Of a stretch of DNA of 64,000 nucleotides, positions 50,888 through 59,082 are shown piece by piece. Made by a program: the position numbers and the translations under genes. Each line of letters begins with the position of its first letter. Positions within the stretch are counted from its first letter, which is position 1. Under the pieces are notes generated by a model that had not been told where the DNA came from, did not search any database, and worked only from the letters and a program-made list of their open reading frames with translations. The stretch is taken from assembly GCA_965228855.1 (NCBI GenBank), contig CBDDIJ010000005.1, forward strand, positions 1,152,001-1,216,000, given 5' to 3'. Source of the stretch: Candidatus Obscuribacterales bacterium. GTDB taxonomy: Bacteria > Cyanobacteriota > Vampirovibrionia > Obscuribacterales > Obscuribacteraceae.

Positions 50888-52207
50888 ATGAACAAACTGG
50901 AAAGTCCAACCCTAACTGAAGCGGCGCCAAACACCTCAGGCGCTCAGCTTGTGGCTACCAAAAGCGACGCAGAGCCCGGTGGCGGCTCAGCTACAACGAG
51001 AATTTCGACGCCGGAGAATACCTCGCAAGAGGATTCAGCCCTTAGTAACGAAACCCAAGTCCCACACGCTGCTCATCGAGGAGACATAAAGGCGCTTACG
51101 GCCCTGCGCTTCTTTGGCGTTTTCTGGGTTGTTATCGACCACTCCCAAGGCGCTTTTGGTTGGCTTGCAAAAGCCTGGGAAGGTGTTGCCCTCTGTCAGG
51201 CAGTGACTTTCTTTTTCGTCTTATCCGGTTTCGTTCTCACGTATAACTACTACAATCTTCACGAGCCGAAGAAGATAATTTCGTTTTACATAGGCCGATG
51301 GGCGAGACTTTGGCCCATTCACATGATCGGCATTGCGCTTCTGATTGGCTTGATGCCTGGAATTTTCAAACCAACGAAAGACTTGATGCCGATGTTCATC
51401 GCAAACGTTGCATTGATGCAATCGGCGATTCCAATTTTGAAGTATTTCTACTCGTACAACGCTCCGTCATGGAGCGCGTCTACGCTCATCATCTTGTACA
51501 CAGCATTTCCGGCACTGCTGGTGCTGCTGAGAAGAAGTTGGTTGGCACTTGCCGCGGTCACCACATGCGGTATCGTTGGCTCCATAGCGCTCGCCAATTA
51601 TTTAAACGTTCCCGAAGCCGATCCACTAGCTGTTTCTTCACTGGGATTGCTGTATGTCAGTCCTGTTTCAAGACTTTTCGACTTTGCGACAGGCATGCTC
51701 GCCGCAGTTGCTTATCGCAACTATTTGCGGTTTAAACACATCGGCGTCGTGCCAGGCACAATGCTTGAGATTGGAACACTCGCCGCCGTTTCATTCATAG
51801 CGGCAAATAGTTTCAAATGGCGCTACGCGTGCATCGACTGGGCGGGCCCACACGCTTCGTACTGGCTGCAGAACTGCGGATTCGCACTTGCTGGATGCCT
51901 TTTGCTGGTGGCAGTGTTCTCGATTGAGGCCGGTCTATTGTCGAAAGCGTTCCGCCACAAAGTCTGGTTCTTCCTTGGCGAAATCAGCTTCTGCATGTAT
52001 GTCTTGCATACGGTTTTTCTCGTCTACGGCAAGCAGGTCTTACACATGGACGAATCGCCCGCAACCTTCATTGCGTACATCGCGATTCTGATGGTGAGCG
52101 CCTATGTGATGTACAGATTTGTGGAACAACCAAGCCGAGATTTTGCGCGCAACTTTACGCGCAAACACATCTACCGAAGTGAAACGCTTTCAAAAGGCGA
52201 AGGATAA
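50888..52207 (+). CDS. Acyltransferase family 3 (OafA-like)
   Basis: LTALRFF, FFFVLSGF, RWARLWP, GEISFCMYVLH, YRFVEQP. Confidence 0.9.
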   Translation: MNKLESPTLTEAAPNTSGAQLVATKSDAEPGGGSATTRISTPENTSQEDSALSNETQVPHAAHRGDIKALTALRFFGVFWVVIDHSQGAFGWLAKAWEGVALCQAVTFFFVLSGFVLTYNYYNLHEPKKIISFYIGRWARLWPIHMIGIALLIGLMPGIFKPTKDLMPMFIANVALMQSAIPILKYFYSYNAPSWSASTLIILYTAFPALLVLLRRSWLALAAVTTCGIVGSIALANYLNVPEADPLAVSSLGLLYVSPVSRLFDFATGMLAAVAYRNYLRFKHIGVVPGTMLEIGTLAAVSFIAANSFKWRYACIDWAGPHASYWLQNCGFALAGCLLLVAVFSIEAGLLSKAFRHKVWFFLGEISFCMYVLHTVFLVYGKQVLHMDESPATFIAYIAILMVSAYVMYRFVEQPSRDFARNFTRKHIYRSETLSKGEG

Positions 52208-52286
52208 CCGCATAAACACGTCGAAAACCAGAGCCGTGTCTACACACGACGGTCACGAGCATTGAAACACCAAACCAGACGCGCTC

Positions 52287-52745
52287 CTAATATGGTGGCA
52301 TCATCGTGGGGCATTCTTTGACTTTTGCAGCGATCGAAGCATGTTCGTCCATAAATGTTGGTCCGAACTCCGCTGCCGGAATTAGCACGCGCTCTTGCTC
52401 ATGCGCAGCAACAGCTTGATCCGCCCAGGCGTCATAAGGGAACATCGAAGGGTTATGTTTGCGATACCAAACTTCCAAACCTTCCGGCTTCCAAACTAGC
52501 ACCACAGGTAGTGGCTGCTCTTCCTCATACTTCGATTTAAAATTGGTCAAAACTGACTTCTGCAGCTTGACAGTCACACCACCTGGAAACACTTTCACTT
52601 CATGGTTCGCCAGGTGATCGACGATTTCCGGAGTTCCCTTCGCGACCGCGACGAGAACACTGTCACCCTGCTTGCACCAGGGTTGCGTTTTCAAATATTC
52701 AATCAAGGATTCCGCTGATACCGCTGCGCCTTCAGTTTCTGACAT
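52287..52745 (-). CDS. Hypothetical protein
   Basis: 152-aa ORF filling the gap between neighbours; no motif recognised. Confidence 0.6.
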   Translation of the reverse strand: MSETEGAAVSAESLIEYLKTQPWCKQGDSVLVAVAKGTPEIVDHLANHEVKVFPGGVTVKLQKSVLTNFKSKYEEEQPLPVVLVWKPEGLEVWYRKHNPSMFPYDAWADQAVAAHEQERVLIPAAEFGPTFMDEHASIAAKVKECPTMMPPY

Positions 52746-53018
52746 AGTGTTGACTCTTTGACTCTTGACGACGAACCGAACTCAAACTTATTGCAGTTTA
52801 CTCTCCTGACCACCGGTCTTCCTTAAATACGAGCTGTCAGGGTGCGAGAGGTTCTAGAAGGGGTCTGATAAAGAGATTTGGGCGCAGTTTTGGCTCTGAA
52901 AGGTTTATATTCGGAGCCTCGTGGAACATCTAATTGTGATTAGGAGTGGTGTTGAGCACTTTGGTGACCACTCTTCGATGCCGGAGCGATTTCCGTCGGG
53001 AAATCAGGAAAGGACCGT

Positions 53019-55259
53019 ATGGCTAAAGTCTGCTCTCTTTGCAACAAAGAGTACAAAGGCGCAACTTGCCCGGTGTGTACGGAGACCGGTGTCGACGTGA
53101 AGAAAGTATTGGAGTCGGAAAAAGCGCAAATGGAAAAGAACGATTCAGCACCTCCAACCGCATTTCTTGTGGATCTAGTGTCAAACCGGAAGATTCCGAT
53201 CACGACGCCCAGATGCCGGGTTGGACGTGACGATCTCAATGACATCGTCATCAGCGGTGACCAGTCAATCTCTCGATTTCACTTCATCATCACGTATGAA
53301 AACGGTCAGTACATGACCCAAGATGCAAAGAGCCGGCACGGCACATTTTTGAATGGAAACCAGATAGGCGGCCCCGAACCAATCAACGATGGTGACGTCT
53401 TGAAAATTGGCGTTTCTCTCTTCTGGTTCGTCATCGAATCCGCCGCTGGAACCGAGAAGGAAGAACCGCTTCCGCCGGTCGACGTAGAGAAGGCTTCCGG
53501 TTCAGAAGACATTTCAATGAAAACCGGAGGCGACTACAACTATTCAGCGGAGAAAGAGCTTTCCGCAACCCAGGAAATTAGCATCATTTCGCCCGAAGCC
53601 CTCGCCCAATACAGCTTGACGAAGAATGCAGAAGACGAAGCTTTCGAACCGAAGGAGCCGACGGAAGAGGTTTCAGCAGAAGCAAAAAAAGAAGAGGAAC
53701 TGAAATCCGAATCCAGCGACGAGAAGAAGCCCGCCGATGAAGCGGAGTCTCCGAAAGCGGAGGAAGACACCGCTGAGCCGAACAAGGACGGCGATGCGAA
53801 GGCTGAAGCGGAGAACGGCAAGGACGAGGAAAGTCCGAAATCCGAAGAAAAATCCGAAGAGAAACCTGAGGAGAAATCCGAAGATAAGCCTGAAGAGAAA
53901 ACTGAAGAGAAGAAAGACGAAGAGCCCGTCGCCGAGGAATTCAAGCCTGAAAATAAAGACTCTGACGAAGAGAAGACAGAAGATAAAGAAGATGACAAGT
54001 CAGAAATCGTTGATTTTGAGCCCACCGCGGATGAGGACTCCGAGTCCAAGAACAAAGACGACATTGAAATCGCAGTCAAAGACTTGCTCGAACCGCTTCA
54101 ATCCGAAATCGAAGCATCGCGCGAAATGGTCCGAGACGCTCTGCGCAAGGGCGAATTAAAGTCCGAACCAGATAGCGATAACGAAGAAACAAATGAAGCT
54201 GAAGAAGCTGACGAAAAGAAGGAAGAAGAGCCAACTTCGTCCAGTGAAGATGAGAAATCCGAAGACTCCGATAAACACTCGGATGACGAAGATGATAAGG
54301 AGGAGCAACCGGAGTCGCCATCTAAAAATGACGATGATAAACCGGAAGAAACAGCGAAGAAAGATAATGAAAAATCGGCAGAAGCAGAGACATTGGAGAA
54401 AATTGCTGAAATAATTGATGATTCATCGAAGTCGGATTTGACTGATAAACGTGACGAAGGTCCTAGCGTCTCCGCGGATCATATCGAAACTGAGTTATCT
54501 TCCGAACACGAAAAGGCGACCAACGGATTAGATGAGGACATAACAACAGTGAGCCAGATGGGTCCAACTAATGTACCGGATTGGTGCAAACGATATTTCT
54601 CAGACGAACTCAAGCATCTGAACAAAGAGCTTGACACTCTGAACGATCAGATAAAAGCGTATCAAGACAAGATTCGCAAAATCGAAGGTCAAGCGGCGCT
54701 TACCAAGGGCATCCGCAATACACTTCTGACGAGCGATGGCGATGATTTGATTGAAGCCTGCAAGAAAGTTCTTGGTCTTGCCGGCTGGAAGGTCACGCAG
54801 TCAGAAGAAGACAAACACGAGTTTTTACTCGAGCATGAAGACGAGAAAGTAGCAATCGCTAGAGTTATTTCAATCAAAGGCGCGGCGGAAAGAAGCCACC
54901 TGGGTCAACTCACGATCTCGCAAACCCGCTTCTGGTGCGAGAAGGGAATCGAGCCCAAAGGGGTGTTAATTGTCGGTCGAGTAAGTGATAAATCACCGAA
55001 AGAACGCGGCGAAGACACTAATGACGAAGTGCTCGAATACGCAAACATGAAAAACGTGTGTATCATGAACACGCTCCAGCTGCTCGCACTTTACCGCGAC
55101 ATAGCTTTGAAGGACGGCAAGACCGGCGAATTGAGATCGTCTATTCACGATAGCAAGGGTTGGCTCAAAGGCTTTGACATCGAACCCGGTGATGATATCG
55201 TCGACGAAGATGGAGAAGGCAGCAAAAGCAAATCGCTAAGTTCGCTGCTATCAGCCTAA
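53019..55259 (+). CDS. FHA-domain protein with Zn-ribbon, acidic linker, coiled coil and REase-like C-terminus
   Basis: CSLC/CPVC; FHA motifs VGR, ISRFH, SRHGTFLNG; E/K/D-rich middle. Confidence 0.85.
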   Translation: MAKVCSLCNKEYKGATCPVCTETGVDVKKVLESEKAQMEKNDSAPPTAFLVDLVSNRKIPITTPRCRVGRDDLNDIVISGDQSISRFHFIITYENGQYMTQDAKSRHGTFLNGNQIGGPEPINDGDVLKIGVSLFWFVIESAAGTEKEEPLPPVDVEKASGSEDISMKTGGDYNYSAEKELSATQEISIISPEALAQYSLTKNAEDEAFEPKEPTEEVSAEAKKEEELKSESSDEKKPADEAESPKAEEDTAEPNKDGDAKAEAENGKDEESPKSEEKSEEKPEEKSEDKPEEKTEEKKDEEPVAEEFKPENKDSDEEKTEDKEDDKSEIVDFEPTADEDSESKNKDDIEIAVKDLLEPLQSEIEASREMVRDALRKGELKSEPDSDNEETNEAEEADEKKEEEPTSSSEDEKSEDSDKHSDDEDDKEEQPESPSKNDDDKPEETAKKDNEKSAEAETLEKIAEIIDDSSKSDLTDKRDEGPSVSADHIETELSSEHEKATNGLDEDITTVSQMGPTNVPDWCKRYFSDELKHLNKELDTLNDQIKAYQDKIRKIEGQAALTKGIRNTLLTSDGDDLIEACKKVLGLAGWKVTQSEEDKHEFLLEHEDEKVAIARVISIKGAAERSHLGQLTISQTRFWCEKGIEPKGVLIVGRVSDKSPKERGEDTNDEVLEYANMKNVCIMNTLQLLALYRDIALKDGKTGELRSSIHDSKGWLKGFDIEPGDDIVDEDGEGSKSKSLSSLLSA

Positions 55260-55314
55260 AAGCTGAGGGTAGTCGCAGAAACTCGCGACTGTATTCGTCG
55301 CTAAACAAACTTAG

Positions 55315-55342
55315 AAACGCACTCGCCTCGGTGAGTGCGTTT
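55315..55342. terminator. Bidirectional terminator
   Basis: 12-bp stem AAACGCACTCGC/GTGAGTGCGTTT (one G-U) between convergent genes. Confidence 0.8.
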
Positions 55343-55386
55343 TGGTATACATCAGCGATGCGCAGTCAGTGCTCGGCGCAACAGAT

Positions 55387-57648
55387 TCAGCGGTTCCGCT
55401 TTGATTTCCTGGAGGTCTTCTTCTTGGAAGATGAACTGCCAGACGGTGACGCGCTTGACTTGGCTTTTGGAACAGAGGAAACTGCGGACTCCTTCTTGGT
55501 TGCTTGCACTTCCTTGCTTGCCTGCGCTTCTTTGTTAGCCTCCGCCTGCTTGGACATGTACGAGTAGCCGACCCATGCAATAGCGATCGCAAGAAACAAA
55601 GTGACCAGCGTCTTGATTTTTCGGCGTCGGAGCGTTTGAAGAATGGAATTCCTGGTCACTACCGGATCTTGGCCATCTCGTACACTTGCTGGATGAATCA
55701 GTTCTTGAAGCTCACTATCATGTTTAAAAACAGACTGCGACTTGTCACGCGAATTTTTCGAGACGGCGACCCAGTTTTCAGGCTGGTCGTCCGCGAGAGA
55801 AGAACCACCCGTAGTGGCAACTCTGTCATTCCGAACCATCTCATCGCTTAATAAACCAGAAGCACTGGTCGTACTCATGATGCTTGTGCCGCTGGATGAA
55901 CTGTCGCTTAAATCAGGTTCGGGGAAAACAGGTTCAGGAACGTAACCGCCCTTTTTTGAGAACTCACCGCTAGCCTGGTAGTTGCTGTTGCCTGCCGAAA
56001 CACTACTGGCGCCGGGAGAAAACCCGCCGCTGCTGGTGGAGGCTCTACCGCTGGTCGACGAGAACCCTCCGCTACTGGAGGAGAATCCACCGCTCTGAGG
56101 CGATATGCCCGGATTGTTGAAAGAACCGTCCCCAGAGTCGCTTCTAGGAGAATTATTGCCGGTTGTGGACGGCACATCGTTGCTGGGAAAGTCTTTCAAA
56201 TCATTGAATACAATGCCGGTGCCAGTGTAAACTCCACTGCCTGTGTCTTTGTTAGAAGGGAAGCTGCCTATGCCTGGTACCGGCGTCTTGGGCGAAATCG
56301 GTTTCTTTGCAGCATCACCGTTCGAAGCAGGTACGACAGTGCCACCACTGGCGGTGCCCGATCCCTGAGCAGAGAAAGAATTCGTGCTGGTCGAAAACAC
56401 GTTGCTACTAGAGGAGAAAACACTGCTGCTCGAAGAGAAGACATTACTGCTCGATGAAAATCCAGAGGCAGCTGGTGGCGGTGCCCCGGCCGCAGGCAGA
56501 CCTCCACTACTGGATGAGAAGCCGGAACTACTCGACGAGAAGCCACCACTATCGGTACCAAGTAGAGTTCTCGGAACCGGCGGTGCTGGAGAACTTCCAT
56601 TAGCGCCAGGAGGCGGCGCCTGGGATCGCTGGCCGGCAGTGCCGACGTCACCTTTGGCACCATTGTTTGTCTTTAAGCTGTCGCCCGGGAGATCACGGAA
56701 GGACCTGGGGGCAGACGGCGATAGTCCCTTGACGGATTCTCCGGCTGTGGCCCAAGTTCCAGAATCAAGCCCTTCTTCGGCTACTATAGGTTTCATCTTT
56801 TCAGACGCCAGGGCTCCGACCACCGCATCCCCCGATGGGCTTTTGACGGACCGCTCTTCAACCTTCTCAGATTGCGTCTCAGCAGCAAGAACCGGAGGAG
56901 GAGGTTCTGGACTAGCCGATACTTCAGTCGGCTCCTGAGTCTCTGACAGCGACTCCTCATTCGGAGTTGCACGCGAGGAAACCGAATCCGACGCGATTTC
57001 CCCGACGGACTCGGCCGGATCCGGTTCATCAACAATAATTGGTTGGTGGTCTCCGGTCTCCACCTGGGATGGGGAGGTCGCATCCAAGATTGGCTCAGGT
57101 GCCTCAGCGCTAGATATCGGTTCAGAGACTGAGACCGGTTCATGATCTCCAGTCACGACGGCCGAGGCGGTAGCTGACGGCTCAAGGTTCGCTGGCTCGG
57201 ACGCAGCCACCCCTGCATCCACGGTGACTGCCGCGACTGAGATCGGCTCATGGTCGCCGGTTATTTCTGCCTTGCGGTTCTCCACTTTCGAGCGATTTTT
57301 AGAGCGTCGATTGCGGTTTTTCTTCCGGCTTCGCCCCGCAGACTTTGGTTCATGCGACTCGCTTTCATCAACCGATATCGGTTCATGATCGCCGGTAATT
57401 ATTTCTGAAGCCCGCGGGGACGAATCGTTTTCGGGGGCTTGCGCCGAAGAGCTGTTTTCCAAAACTATCGTTTTGGGTGCCTCCACATCAAGCGGTTTGG
57501 CAGACTGATTTGACTGCGGCTTGTGTCCGGACGCAGGAGGCGATGAGCAGGCGCATTTGACCGGCTTGAAGACCCAAGCCTTCGAAGAACCGGAAACAGT
57601 TGCGCCTTTATGTTTGCCACACTCCGGGCAGACTTCTTTATCTGACAT
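55387..57648 (-). CDS. Low-complexity S/P/G-rich protein with N-terminal Cys cluster and C-terminal TM
   Basis: 753-aa ORF; CPEC...CAC; TGDH(E/Q)P x4; FSSSS heptads; TLVTLFLAIAIAWVGY; AAAAGGTG SD-like. Confidence 0.7.
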   Translation of the reverse strand: MSDKEVCPECGKHKGATVSGSSKAWVFKPVKCACSSPPASGHKPQSNQSAKPLDVEAPKTIVLENSSSAQAPENDSSPRASEIITGDHEPISVDESESHEPKSAGRSRKKNRNRRSKNRSKVENRKAEITGDHEPISVAAVTVDAGVAASEPANLEPSATASAVVTGDHEPVSVSEPISSAEAPEPILDATSPSQVETGDHQPIIVDEPDPAESVGEIASDSVSSRATPNEESLSETQEPTEVSASPEPPPPVLAAETQSEKVEERSVKSPSGDAVVGALASEKMKPIVAEEGLDSGTWATAGESVKGLSPSAPRSFRDLPGDSLKTNNGAKGDVGTAGQRSQAPPPGANGSSPAPPVPRTLLGTDSGGFSSSSSGFSSSSGGLPAAGAPPPAASGFSSSSNVFSSSSSVFSSSSNVFSTSTNSFSAQGSGTASGGTVVPASNGDAAKKPISPKTPVPGIGSFPSNKDTGSGVYTGTGIVFNDLKDFPSNDVPSTTGNNSPRSDSGDGSFNNPGISPQSGGFSSSSGGFSSTSGRASTSSGGFSPGASSVSAGNSNYQASGEFSKKGGYVPEPVFPEPDLSDSSSSGTSIMSTTSASGLLSDEMVRNDRVATTGGSSLADDQPENWVAVSKNSRDKSQSVFKHDSELQELIHPASVRDGQDPVVTRNSILQTLRRRKIKTLVTLFLAIAIAWVGYSYMSKQAEANKEAQASKEVQATKKESAVSSVPKAKSSASPSGSSSSKKKTSRKSKRNR
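57364..57389. repeat. Palindromic repeat copy inside a CDS (core 57370-57383)
   Basis: TTCATC-AACCGATATCGGTT-CATGAT, read as HEPISVDE on the minus strand. Confidence 0.85.
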
Positions 57649-57735
57649 GCGACTCGGGCACCTTTTACCTCATTAATTTAGTACCCATCCCATAGACCTT
57701 GCCAAACGAACAGTTAAGCAATTTGCTCTACTGCC

Positions 57736-57836
57736 GCAACCTGGCGCCAGCAAAGGCTCCGGCCTCCCGGAGGGCGGAAATGCCCGAGGGAGAGATAAGA
57801 CGGACCTTTCAGCAAGATAAGCGAAAGTGGCTTGGT
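57736..57836 (+). ncRNA. Candidate structured RNA, unassigned
   Basis: Nested stems AAAGGcTCCG/CGGACCTTT, CTCCC/GGGAG, GGGCG-GAAA-TGCCC, plus a second GAAA-capped hairpin. Confidence 0.35.
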
Positions 57837-58040
57837 TACTGCCTTTTAACATTCACGCTCCCCGTTTTTGCAAAGGCTATGTTAAAAACAGAATCAGCAC
57901 GTTTGCTCTGAAGGGCAGCAAATTTTTTCAGCACTGATTTCTCTCCTCTCCAAAGAAGACTAAGTGCTTTCAACCAGACAGAAAGGACTCGCTATTTGCG
58001 GGTTCTTACGTTGCAACGCAGAAAGTTCGAGGTATGTTTG

Positions 58041-58916
58041 ATGGTTCGAAAATGGCAGATACTCTGTTCGATGATTCTCGCGCTCACGTTCGCATTTCCT
58101 GAAAGTGCGTTCTCAGCGGTTCGCAAGCATTCGGTTAGCACTAAAAAAGTCGCTCACACAACAAAAAGGAAGTCGCACAAATCGTCGAAAAAGGTGGCTT
58201 CGCGTAAAAAAACTCGAGCGAAAACCAAAGTTGCAACCAGAAGATGGCGCACCAAAGTTGCCACATCAAATATGATGTGGTCTGCACCTATGAACACCAC
58301 TCCACTGAGCCCAACGCTGAGCGCTCGAATGAAGGCGAATTTTCAGCGAGGGCAAGCAGGTCGGTACACGCCGCAGGACATGGTCCGCGCCAGAGTGTTC
58401 TCGAACGCGCCATTGCTAGGCGGAATAAAGCCGCGTACAGCAATAGTCAAAAACTTGATCATTCACTCGACCGAGACTGCAAAGGTCGCGGACGCTAAAA
58501 CTGTCGTGCATAGCTGGAATAGCGGAGGATTGAGACATCCGGGAACACAATATCTTGTTGACCGCGACGGCAAAATCTATCAAACGGTCGACCCCAAATA
58601 CGCCACCATTCATGTCAATGAAAAGCGAACCATTGGTGGTATCACCAATGACAACAGCATCGGCATAGAAATAGTCCGAACAGGCAAGCAAAAGTACACG
58701 CAAGTGCAGCTCGCTTCTCTAGTTCAGCTTGTGGACTATATTCAGGAGCGGTTTCCAATCGCCAAAATTTATGGGCACGGACAGATTCAACCGAGCAACC
58801 GCACAGACCCGGTCGCGTTCAACTGGAATCTGTTCTCGAAAAATCTTGCTCATATCAACGCGGCATCAACACAAACCGCTTACAGAGAAGAATCAAGAGA
58901 GGACAACCAGGGCTAA
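58041..58916 (+). CDS. N-acetylmuramoyl-L-alanine amidase (Amidase_2/PGRP-like)
   Basis: Signal peptide, basic K/R linker, IIHSTE, YLVDRDG, SIGIEI, GHG...RTDP. Confidence 0.9.
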   Translation: MVRKWQILCSMILALTFAFPESAFSAVRKHSVSTKKVAHTTKRKSHKSSKKVASRKKTRAKTKVATRRWRTKVATSNMMWSAPMNTTPLSPTLSARMKANFQRGQAGRYTPQDMVRARVFSNAPLLGGIKPRTAIVKNLIIHSTETAKVADAKTVVHSWNSGGLRHPGTQYLVDRDGKIYQTVDPKYATIHVNEKRTIGGITNDNSIGIEIVRTGKQKYTQVQLASLVQLVDYIQERFPIAKIYGHGQIQPSNRTDPVAFNWNLFSKNLAHINAASTQTAYREESREDNQG

Positions 58917-58944
58917 AACTATCAATGTTTTTTCCGATGAAACC

Positions 58945-58977
58945 TCGCCCTCGAAGGCGCCGCCGCCTCGAGGGCGA
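58945..58977 (+). terminator. Intrinsic terminator
   Basis: TCGCCCTCG(a)AGGCG/CGCCTCGAGGGCGA stem followed by CTTCTTT. Confidence 0.7.
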
Positions 58978-59082
58978 CTTCTTTGCACCCGGACAAGGTT
59001 TTGGCTCAAAGAAGGACAGCCGTCCTAACTAGAAAGATTTCTCAGTTTGGGTATAACCTTGAGGAATCAAACGGGCAAGCCG

